From: Candidatus Parcubacteria bacterium
GTDB taxonomy: Bacteria; Patescibacteriota; Patescibacteriia; CAIXNZ01
Direction of reading: 5' to 3'
Length of the DNA stretch: 64,000 nucleotides
Assembly: GCA_026395685.1 (NCBI GenBank)
Contig: JAPLYG010000009.1
Span: forward strand, 81,519 to 145,518
In this document: positions 9,715 to 17,162 of the stretch, in pieces
Layout of the letters: every line of letters begins with the position of its first letter
Numbering within the stretch: the first letter of the stretch is position 1
The notes under the pieces: model-generated
Told to the model about the DNA's origin: nothing
Seen by the model: only the letters and a program-made list of their open reading frames with translations
Databases searched by the model: none
Position numbers and translations under genes: made by a program

Positions 9715-10371
9715 ATGAACAATATAAATGAAATTAAAATTGAACAAACAGAGGAAATTAAGATTGATATTCAGGATAAATTTGAGATGATCGCCGGCAT
9801 TATCCTTGCGATCTTTACCGCCATTTTAGCTATTGCGGGTTTAGCAGGAGACTCTTATAGCCAAAGCATCTTACTTGCCAACACTGAAAAGGCTGATGCT
9901 TATGACTGGTATAATACCAAGGGTATTAAACAAACAGTGACTGAAGGACAAAAAGATGTACTAGACAGCTTAATTGCCACCGGGGTGGTCAAAGCCGAAT
10001 CGAAAAAAGAAGTGGAAGCATATTTAAATAAGCTGCAGGATAAAATTAACAAATATTCTGCGGAAAAAAATGAAATTCTAATCGGTTCTAATGCCCTGGA
10101 CAAAACTCAATGGGTGCAGGATGTTGATGGAGAACTTGGAAAAGTAACGGGCGCCAAAGAATTAGAAGCAGAAATTGCCGGTCAGGAAGCTGCCGGCGCT
10201 AAAATGGATTTGGCAAATTTATTTCTGCAAATCTGTCTGGTCATGGGCGCAATCAGCCTGGTCATGCAACAGCCAAAATCAAAATGGATATTTTTAAGCC
10301 TGGCAATACTAATTGGTTTAATCGGGACAATGTTTACCATCTGGGGACTGCTCCTTGTCTGGCCGTTTTGA
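9715..10371 (+). CDS. Hypothetical membrane protein with central coiled-coil (218 aa)
   Basis: TM helices at both ends (IAGIILAIFTAILAIAGLAG; IFLSLAILIGLIGTMFTIWGLLLV) with a K/E-rich middle. No confident family. Confidence 0.5.
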   Translation: MNNINEIKIEQTEEIKIDIQDKFEMIAGIILAIFTAILAIAGLAGDSYSQSILLANTEKADAYDWYNTKGIKQTVTEGQKDVLDSLIATGVVKAESKKEVEAYLNKLQDKINKYSAEKNEILIGSNALDKTQWVQDVDGELGKVTGAKELEAEIAGQEAAGAKMDLANLFLQICLVMGAISLVMQQPKSKWIFLSLAILIGLIGTMFTIWGLLLVWPF

Positions 10372-10443
10372 TGGGGTGATTTAATAGGAATGCTCTGAGC
10401 CACAGATTATTTTCACAGATAATACTGATTCTAAAAAATAAAA

Positions 10444-10470
10444 ATAAAAATCCCCCGCGACGCGTGGGGA
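10444..10470. terminator. Bidirectional intrinsic terminator between convergent genes
   Basis: The sequence aaaaataaaaATCCCCcgcgacgcgtGGGGATttttgttt forms a GC stem (ATCCCC/GGGGAT). It has an A-run upstream and a T-run downstream. Confidence 0.55.
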
Positions 10471-10484
10471 TTTTTGTTTACCAT

Positions 10485-10757
10485 TTATTTTTCTTCCTCC
10501 GGTAAAAGAATATATAGTGTGATGTAAAGAAAAACCGTAGCAAGAGAGACTCCAAAACTGATCAGTAAAAAAGAAAGTACAAATGCCAGCCGCAGCCAGA
10601 ATGGCTGGATGCCCATGGTTTTGGCTATGCCGGAACAGACGCCGCCAAACATATCGTCTTTATTATCGAGTTTAAAATTCTTCTTCCTCAATAAAAGACC
10701 GAGGCCGACGCAAAACCCAAAAATAATTAGCATGTAAATCAACTCTTGCATTTTCAA
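10485..10757 (-). CDS. PspC-domain membrane protein
   Basis: GGVCSGIAKTMGIQPFWLRLAFVLSFLL matches the PspC domain consensus (GVCAGLA.YFGIDP..VRL.FVL). Two TM helices. Confidence 0.7.
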   Translation of the reverse strand: MKMQELIYMLIIFGFCVGLGLLLRKKNFKLDNKDDMFGGVCSGIAKTMGIQPFWLRLAFVLSFLLISFGVSLATVFLYITLYILLPEEEK

Positions 10758-10765
10758 ATCTCCTT

Positions 10766-11059
10766 TTACTTCTTTTGCCGAAAAATTACGAAATAACCAA
10801 TATCCCTTCCGTAGCAGCCTGTTGCGTCACCAGAGATTATTACCGGCTCTAATTCCGGATAGTCCTTAATAAAAGCGGCTAAAGCTTTGGCAAAAGACGA
10901 ACTCTGATATGGGAAGTAATAAACGCCACTGCCGTGATCCACTATCGCAGAATACGCCTTTTCTTTAACACTTTGGGAATTACTTGCGGAATTACAGCCA
11001 GCCAGCAGCCCTAATGCCAGTACCAACGCAATGATAATGAACAACCTTTGCTTTTCCAT
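10766..11059 (-). CDS. Small lipoprotein (97 aa)
   Basis: The signal peptide carries the lipobox LLAGC (MEKQRLFIIIALVLALGLLAGCNS). Confidence 0.5.
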   Translation of the reverse strand: MEKQRLFIIIALVLALGLLAGCNSASNSQSVKEKAYSAIVDHGSGVYYFPYQSSSFAKALAAFIKDYPELEPVIISGDATGCYGRDIGYFVIFRQKK

Positions 11060-11261
11060 TTTGTCCTCCTCATTTAATTTTCAAACTTAAATCAAACTTA
11101 GGGGAAAATACCCTATTTGTCAATATGGAAAGTGGTTAATTAGGCTAGGGTTAAGATGCTAGTATGTGTTAAGGTAAAGGACTGATTTTTGTTAATTACC
11201 CCTACACTTAACCCAAACACCTACCAGCATCTTTACCAATTCACTATTCACAATTAAAAAA

Positions 11262-11292
11262 ACCCGCCGTTCGCGAACAGCGGGTTTCAGGG
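11262..11292 (-). terminator. Intrinsic terminator downstream of the beta-barrel gene
   Basis: In aaaaaaACCCGCcgttcgcgaacaGCGGGTtt, the stem AACCCGC/GCGGGTT encloses the palindromic loop gttcgcgaac. Read on the minus strand, the hairpin is followed by a T-run. Confidence 0.5.
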
Positions 11293-11325
11293 CGCAGGAT
11301 TTTCTCCTCGCCCTTAGTTGATAAC

Positions 11326-11936
11326 TTAGAAGTTGTAAATCAAAGTTGCCTTATACACATTAGAGTCCATGGCAGATTCGCCTTGTGGCTCAAATGCGTA
11401 GTAGTAGTTCAACTTCAGGGTCATCTTGTCATTGAACGGAATGGTCAGGCTCGGACCAACCTGGTACGAACGAGAGCCTTCATCAACCTGATCAAGGTAA
11501 TAATAATTGCGGTTATCCAGACCAACCCGCCCAAATCCGATCGGATAAGACAGGTTGTTGTAGATAAAGAGCGCGTCAAAGCCGGCATAGTAGTAAAGCC
11601 CGTTGGCAAATACCCACTTTCCGGATTTCAGCGCAGAATCAACCCCTAAAAACCATCCGCGGTCCAGCTCTTCAGCCTCAAAACCATAACCAGCATAACC
11701 AGCCAGGCTGTACTGGTCATTGAACTTGTAGCCCAAGCCCAATGAGGTATAAGGCGCAGAACTGGACATCAGGTTGATAAAACACATATTACCCAACAAA
11801 TCGACTCGCGCTCCGAGATTACGATTGGCATTGAGCGACACGCCCATCTGGGGCTTGTCCTCAACAGCCTGCGCTGAAAACGCGCTAAACATAATAACCA
11901 GAGCAACGAGCGCCGTAAAAAATCTTTTTTCCATCG
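11326..11936 (-). CDS. Outer-membrane-like beta-barrel protein (OmpW/MipA-like architecture), secreted
   Basis: Start placed at MEKRFFTALVALVIMFSAFSAQA (AGGAG 6 nt upstream). The signal peptide is followed by alternating hydrophobic beta-strand patterns. The protein ends in ...ATLIYNF with a terminal Phe, the classic OMP C-terminal signature. The gene is in the high-GC island. Confidence 0.5.
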
Positions 11937-12002
11937 GTTCTCCTTGCCTGCAAGCAGGCGCCGGGAGAACTTTGCTCCCGGATTGTTTTGCTGGTTTGTT
12001 GT

Positions 12003-13328
12003 TTAAAAACAACGCGCCGCAGCAAACAACCCGGAAAGAGGAACATGGTCAATGGAAGAAAAAACTTCCTTGGGTTTTCGCAGAATCAGATCAGCCAGCC
12101 TTACTAGTAATATCTGGAAAATGATCGGCAAAGACTGAGCAACTACTGCCAGATCATTGGCAGGCTGATTGTGCGATTGGTCTGAAAAATCAGTCCCGGC
12201 TCTGATCTGATTGCCTGAATCCTTTTGTTGTTCAAGTAATACTGTCTGACTATTGCCCAAGAAATGATCATCAACTTTATTGAAGTGGCTGGCTGCCAGC
12301 GAAATCGCCGGCTGAAACAGCACCCCGAAAATCAAAGACAAGTAGCCGATATAGACAGAACGCCTGACCAGAACTGGAAATTGGAACAGAGAAGCGATTG
12401 CTTTCTGAACATCTTTCACAGGCTTTCTGGATTGCGCAAGCAAAATCGCTTCTTCGCGCTTAGTCAGTTGATAACCAAGCGGTTTGTAGCGCAAAAACTC
12501 GGCTTTGAGCCGGTTAAAGCGCAGCATCTGCGCCGGACTTTCATAACGAGGATAGTTCCAACAATATTTTGGCCAGAGAATCATGCGCAGAGCAAACCGC
12601 CAGGGAGCTATCAGCATTTCGTCGTAAAACGAAAGCCGGCCTCCAAAAGGCTCTTCAACGTGAATAAATCTCCCCAGTTCAGAATGATGACGGGAAAAGC
12701 GGCGTAAGGCCTTGTTATGCTCTTCAAACCTGATGATATAGATCAGGCCCCAGAACAGCATCAGGATAATATACTTTTCAATCAGCCAGTATAGACAGGT
12801 TAAACCAACTTGTTTTGCCTTAAAGTCCGACATTTCTTCGTACAGGCCATCCCGTTGCTGCATCTTTTTCTGAATGCCGGCAATGTATTTCAACTCTTGA
12901 GAATTCGGCTCGTATCTATTCCAGCAACTTAGTGCATCACGCCGGCGAACCAGAGGTTCCAGCATATTGGGGCTGGTGAGATAAAAATTATATTTATCCT
13001 CCAGGGCAATCAGCTGATCAATATCCTGAAAATAATCAACCAGAGTATAATTAGTGCCTTTTGTCTCAGCACGGTCGAAAATTATTTTCAGTTCCCCGGA
13101 AACTGCATCTCTACGCTTTTTCCAGTCCTCATAATCTTCGCCTACGTAAGATTGGGGTCGATCCCAATCATTTAAGCCGTGATTGCGAGTCTGATAATTT
13201 GGCGCATTGGCATTTTCTCTGACAAAAGTAATGCAGTTCATACCACCCAAGCACACGAAAAATAAGGCAATCAGCCCAACTTTGAGCCATAGCCCATATT
13301 TTTTCAGCAGTTCTGACTTTTTGAACAT
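12003..13328 (-). CDS. Hypothetical membrane protein (441 aa)
   Basis: Long ORF with an N-terminal anchor (LWLKVGLIALFFVCLGG) and internal hydrophobic segments. GC is about 50%, versus about 35% in the flanking DNA. No recognisable domain. Confidence 0.45.
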   Translation of the reverse strand: MFKKSELLKKYGLWLKVGLIALFFVCLGGMNCITFVRENANAPNYQTRNHGLNDWDRPQSYVGEDYEDWKKRRDAVSGELKIIFDRAETKGTNYTLVDYFQDIDQLIALEDKYNFYLTSPNMLEPLVRRRDALSCWNRYEPNSQELKYIAGIQKKMQQRDGLYEEMSDFKAKQVGLTCLYWLIEKYIILMLFWGLIYIIRFEEHNKALRRFSRHHSELGRFIHVEEPFGGRLSFYDEMLIAPWRFALRMILWPKYCWNYPRYESPAQMLRFNRLKAEFLRYKPLGYQLTKREEAILLAQSRKPVKDVQKAIASLFQFPVLVRRSVYIGYLSLIFGVLFQPAISLAASHFNKVDDHFLGNSQTVLLEQQKDSGNQIRAGTDFSDQSHNQPANDLAVVAQSLPIIFQILLVRLADLILRKPKEVFSSIDHVPLSGLFAAARCF

Positions 13329-13444
13329 GGAAGTTCTCCTCTTATGTTAAAGTTGTCAAAGTTCTGTACTTTACAAAACGATTCTATATTTTAACAAAAA
13401 ACTATTCAATTGTCAAACACGGGCCTAAAGATTAACAATTTGAA

Positions 13445-13468
13445 AAGCCTCCACCGAAGTAGAGGCTT
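13445..13468 (-). terminator. Possible terminator hairpin downstream of the MBL hydrolase gene
   Basis: AAGCCTCcaccgaagtaGAGGCTT has a 7-bp stem. On the minus strand the T-tract that follows is weak. Confidence 0.3.
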
Positions 13469-13537
13469 TGATGATCGATTGGGGGAACCGATCATTTGGT
13501 TAGGGGGCTAGTTACCATCGAGCGTTAGGTTGATGGG

Positions 13538-14548
13538 TTAGAGTTGAACCTTCAGGTAGTCCTGGCAGACGAAGATTTTCTCCGGCGTCAGAACCACCAC
13601 CTCGGCTTTGGGATCCAGGCTTTTGACCTGCTCCCCGTAAGTCGCCTTTGCTTCTGCCAGAATGGCGTTAATTGCCGTATCCGTTGCCGGCGGGTCATGA
13701 TGGGTCAGACCCAGGCTTTTGGCGCCAACCTGCAAAGCAGTTTTGACACAGTACTGGGCAGTGCCGTGCCCAAACCCAGATGTCTGGGTCCTGTACTTAT
13801 TCTCAGGATACTGGCAATCCATGACCACCAGGTCTGCGTCTTTCAGCAGCGCCTTTAGGTCATTGGGCAGACCAGCCTGATTCTCGTGATCCGTGAGGAA
13901 CACGAAGACCTTGCCAGTAGGACCATCCTCAAAGCGGTAAGCAATAGTGCGTTCCGGATGGTTGCTGTACAACATCCTGATCACCAAGCACTCGCTTTTT
14001 GGATATTTCCTGCCATCCTTGCCAATCGACAAGGGCTTGCCGTCAGCCCGTTCAAATTGATCCACGGCCATCTGCTTGATGCCCCCTTCGGGGTGAATCA
14101 GCAGGACCTGGGTGTTGGGATGCTCGAGCTTATGGCAAGTAAAGTGGGAGGAAACCTGAGAAAAGTCGACCGGGAAGAACGGGTGCTTCATGATGTGCTC
14201 GAAAACCTCTCTCGGGCCCAGACCGCCATCCACAGGTCCCCAACAATTGATGGGGATATGTTTCATGTAAGTAAGAGCGCCAAGACCGATTCCCTGAGTA
14301 TGGTCATGATGGTAGTGGGTAAAGAGCTCGATAACCGCTTTCACTCCGCTTTTAAGGGCGTCACTGCAAAGAGGCACAAAGCCGCTACCCGCATCAATGA
14401 CCAGCCACCAGCCTTCAGGCAAACAGGGGCTGTTTACCCTCAGACAGGTTGTATTGCCACCAGTTTGCACGCTGTCCCTGTTGGCGATCGGCACTGACCC
14501 GCGCGTTCCGTAGAACGTCACTTCCAAACCGTTACGTTTTTTTTCCAT
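13538..14548 (-). CDS. MBL-fold metallo-hydrolase
   Basis: The HxHxDH motif is present (THYHHDHTQG) with downstream His/Asp ligands. Start placed at MEKKRNGLEVTFYGTRGS, which has an AGGAG RBS. The ORF track uses an upstream in-frame ATG at 14593. Confidence 0.75.
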   Translation of the reverse strand: MEKKRNGLEVTFYGTRGSVPIANRDSVQTGGNTTCLRVNSPCLPEGWWLVIDAGSGFVPLCSDALKSGVKAVIELFTHYHHDHTQGIGLGALTYMKHIPINCWGPVDGGLGPREVFEHIMKHPFFPVDFSQVSSHFTCHKLEHPNTQVLLIHPEGGIKQMAVDQFERADGKPLSIGKDGRKYPKSECLVIRMLYSNHPERTIAYRFEDGPTGKVFVFLTDHENQAGLPNDLKALLKDADLVVMDCQYPENKYRTQTSGFGHGTAQYCVKTALQVGAKSLGLTHHDPPATDTAINAILAEAKATYGEQVKSLDPKAEVVVLTPEKIFVCQDYLKVQL

Positions 14549-15014
14549 CGAGATTCTCCTTCTCCGACTTACCGATGGGCTAACTGATCCCAATTTAAAC
14601 GATCGATTCCCCCGTAACGCTTGTTATATCTCATAAGCACATATTTGTCAACAATAACGCAATAAAAAAACCGGAGAAAAGTCTCCGGGTGGTGGTTTTG
14701 GTCGGCAGCTTTTGCAGACCAAACTTAAAATGAATGTGTTTGAGTCTTCCTGTGTGCGCCCTCTCATGTGAAGGACGACTTTTGCCTGGTCTGGCCGGCC
14801 GCGAACCGCTGAGCAAAATCAAAGTGCAAAGCCCTGATAAAGCTGCCGAAAAACACGGCCTTGCTCCCCTTTTCTACCAGCGAGTACGTAGCCTTTGCCC
14901 GACCATCTGCGGCATTTACTTTTCCAAGATAGCACTATCAGATAAAATTGTCAAGATTGAAACCAAAAAAACCCCCGCAAAATAACAGGCGTTTTTATAT
15001 ACCTATAGAAATAG

Positions 15015-15308
15015 TTATTTTTTCTTTTTTTTATCTTTTTCGTCTTTTCTGTCCTTTAAAAACTCCACAATGTTACCGGCGCTTTCGACTAAAAGCTTCA
15101 TGTAGCTTGAAGTATGCTCAATCCTTTCCTTTAAAGCATTAATTACTGTTTCTACCAGTACGATCTTACGCCTCACGTCAAAGGTAATTTTTTTGAATTC
15201 GCGCAGAATCATGGTGAGATAATAAAGCGCCCAGCATAAAAAGATTGTCAAAAGCAGAACGACAAATGCAAGCACTAAAAATAAAATGTCTTTGGTTGTC
15301 TCAATCAT
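15015..15308 (-). CDS. Small membrane protein (97 aa) with K-rich C-terminus
   Basis: Single long TM (ILFLVLAFVVLLLTIFLCWALYYL) followed by a coiled segment and a KDEKDKKKKK tail. Confidence 0.4.
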   Translation of the reverse strand: MIETTKDILFLVLAFVVLLLTIFLCWALYYLTMILREFKKITFDVRRKIVLVETVINALKERIEHTSSYMKLLVESAGNIVEFLKDRKDEKDKKKKK

Positions 15309-15414
15309 AGTATTAAGGAAGGCTTAACCACAGATTTATTCTCACAGATTGCACAGATTTTTATCAATGTTATCTGTGAATTAAATCAGTGGTTCCGTTA
15401 TACATATTATACCA

Positions 15415-16803
15415 CTATTTCTTTTTTTTGGCCAAATGGCGGATTGCCCAAATAAAAATTACGGCAATAAAAGCTAAAACAATGGCGATAATATTAATCG
15501 GACTAAATAATTTATTATCTTCAGTCTGAGTATTTTCTTTGGTTGTTGAAATATAATCAACGATTCTGCTGACCTTATCCAGTTTTCCGTAGGCGCTTTC
15601 AGCCCTGACTTCAATTAAATTCGCGCCAGTCACCAAATTCAATTCAAATGAAAAACTGCCCTGTTCTGAATCCGGTTTGATATCAGAAGTAATTTCTTTG
15701 CCGTTTAGGCTGACATTGATCTGGGCATTGGGGTCGGATATTTTACCGGAAAAAGTATTGCTTTTGTCATTAGCGTAAATTTTTTGATTATCCGTAATAT
15801 AGACTTCCAGGCGCGGAACCAGACGATATTTCCCGCCTTCTTTGAGAATAAGGGATAATTGCGGCTTATCATTATAAATAAAGAAGTGGTAGCCTTCAAT
15901 CTTATCTTTAGTTATTAATTGATCATCATTCTTTAAAAGATCCGGTTCAAAGACAAAGGGCAGGTCATAAAAGGTCACTTCCAACGGAACTTTAAAATAA
16001 TCCAAAAATTCCTGCTTTATATCAATAACTAATTTTTCCAAAGTTAAATAATCGCTTAGCTTTTCAAAATATTTCACAGCTTCGGGAGTAGATAAATCAA
16101 CTATACCGTTAAAAGTAATCTTTTCCCTGCCTATTAAATCTAAAGTTAAATCCGAAACCTTAGTCGGATCTTTTATCTCGGAAAATTTAGTAGTTTTGGA
16201 ACCGGGTTGAAAAAATAATTCATTTAAATTGACCTGAGAAATTAAGGAAACAGTTTGCTCACCCTCATTTGTGGCTGTAGGCGGAAGTAAAGGCTCTTCT
16301 TCTAATACGCCTTCGGCAACCAGCGGTAATAATTTTTCCCCGCTGGAAAAAGCTAATGTTAATTGCGGATATTTAGAGCTAAAAACGCTGATATAATTTA
16401 TGCCTGAGTCCCCTGCCTTGCTGGAATTTTTTACTTTATTTAAAGTAAAGGTTATCTTTGTACCCTTTTTTACGCTAATCGGATTTGTATAATAATAACG
16501 GATATCATCACAATTAAAAACACAATTGGGATTGCTTTTCCCGACTATGGGATTACCCTGAGGAATGCCGCTGACAAAAAGCTCAGCCGAACCTAAATCA
16601 GGCTGATACCCGCCTAAAGAGATCAAAATGTGTCCAATTTTCGTATCCTGAGGAATGGTGAAAAAAATTGTCCAAGTCGCCAGCGAACCAGAAATTTGCG
16701 GATTAATGCTTAAACTCACCGCTGATAAGTCGGCAGCCTTAACATTCTGACCACAAAACAAGGACAGAATAATAATCGCTAAAATGATAAAAATTTTCTT
16801 CAT
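15415..16803 (-). CDS. Cell-surface protein (signal peptide plus C-terminal TM anchor), 462 aa
   Basis: N-terminal signal (MKKIFIILAIIILSLFCGQNVKA) and a C-terminal anchor (IIAIVLAFIAVIFIWAIRHLAKKKK). The central part is beta-rich. Confidence 0.55.
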   Translation of the reverse strand: MKKIFIILAIIILSLFCGQNVKAADLSAVSLSINPQISGSLATWTIFFTIPQDTKIGHILISLGGYQPDLGSAELFVSGIPQGNPIVGKSNPNCVFNCDDIRYYYTNPISVKKGTKITFTLNKVKNSSKAGDSGINYISVFSSKYPQLTLAFSSGEKLLPLVAEGVLEEEPLLPPTATNEGEQTVSLISQVNLNELFFQPGSKTTKFSEIKDPTKVSDLTLDLIGREKITFNGIVDLSTPEAVKYFEKLSDYLTLEKLVIDIKQEFLDYFKVPLEVTFYDLPFVFEPDLLKNDDQLITKDKIEGYHFFIYNDKPQLSLILKEGGKYRLVPRLEVYITDNQKIYANDKSNTFSGKISDPNAQINVSLNGKEITSDIKPDSEQGSFSFELNLVTGANLIEVRAESAYGKLDKVSRIVDYISTTKENTQTEDNKLFSPINIIAIVLAFIAVIFIWAIRHLAKKKK

Positions 16804-16831
16804 AATTACAAAAATCCCGATTTAATCGGGA

Positions 16832-17110
16832 TTAAGGTATATTTAACTGCACTTTAATTTTATTTATTTCCGCCCCATGAATCCCAACCTCGTCTTCAAT
16901 TCTGTCAATTCGCGAAATCGTAGAAAGACGTTCCTGATCCAAACGCTGAACCGTAGATGCAATCGGTTCTAACGTATCCATTATTTGACGCCCATCATCC
17001 TTTGTCATCATATTATCTAACTTTTCATCATGTTCAACCAACTTGGCAAACATCTTGTCAAATTTTTGATCCTGCTGTTCTAATTTTTGTAAAATTTTAT
17101 TCTCTTCCAT
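16832..17110 (-). CDS. Small coiled-coil protein (92 aa)
   Basis: ORF with a heptad-like charged pattern, placed between pheT and the surface-protein gene. Confidence 0.35.
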   Translation of the reverse strand: MEENKILQKLEQQDQKFDKMFAKLVEHDEKLDNMMTKDDGRQIMDTLEPIASTVQRLDQERLSTISRIDRIEDEVGIHGAEINKIKVQLNIP

Positions 17111-17162
17111 ATAAAAAATTTATACCATCATTATAAGCCAAAGCCCAAAACCTGTCAAAATA

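Noticed and set aside
12264-12707. 147-aa plus-strand ORF
   Set aside because: It is antisense to the 441-aa gene within the high-GC island. It has no start context and no features.
13886-14497. 203-aa plus-strand ORF
   Set aside because: It is entirely antisense to the well-supported MBL hydrolase gene, which has the HxHxDH motif. It is a GC-rich antisense frame artefact.
14631-14985. Short ORFs (63 aa minus, 83 aa plus) in the GC-rich spacer
   Set aside because: They overlap each other with no RBS and no domain. The region is treated as non-coding or as a candidate RNA instead.
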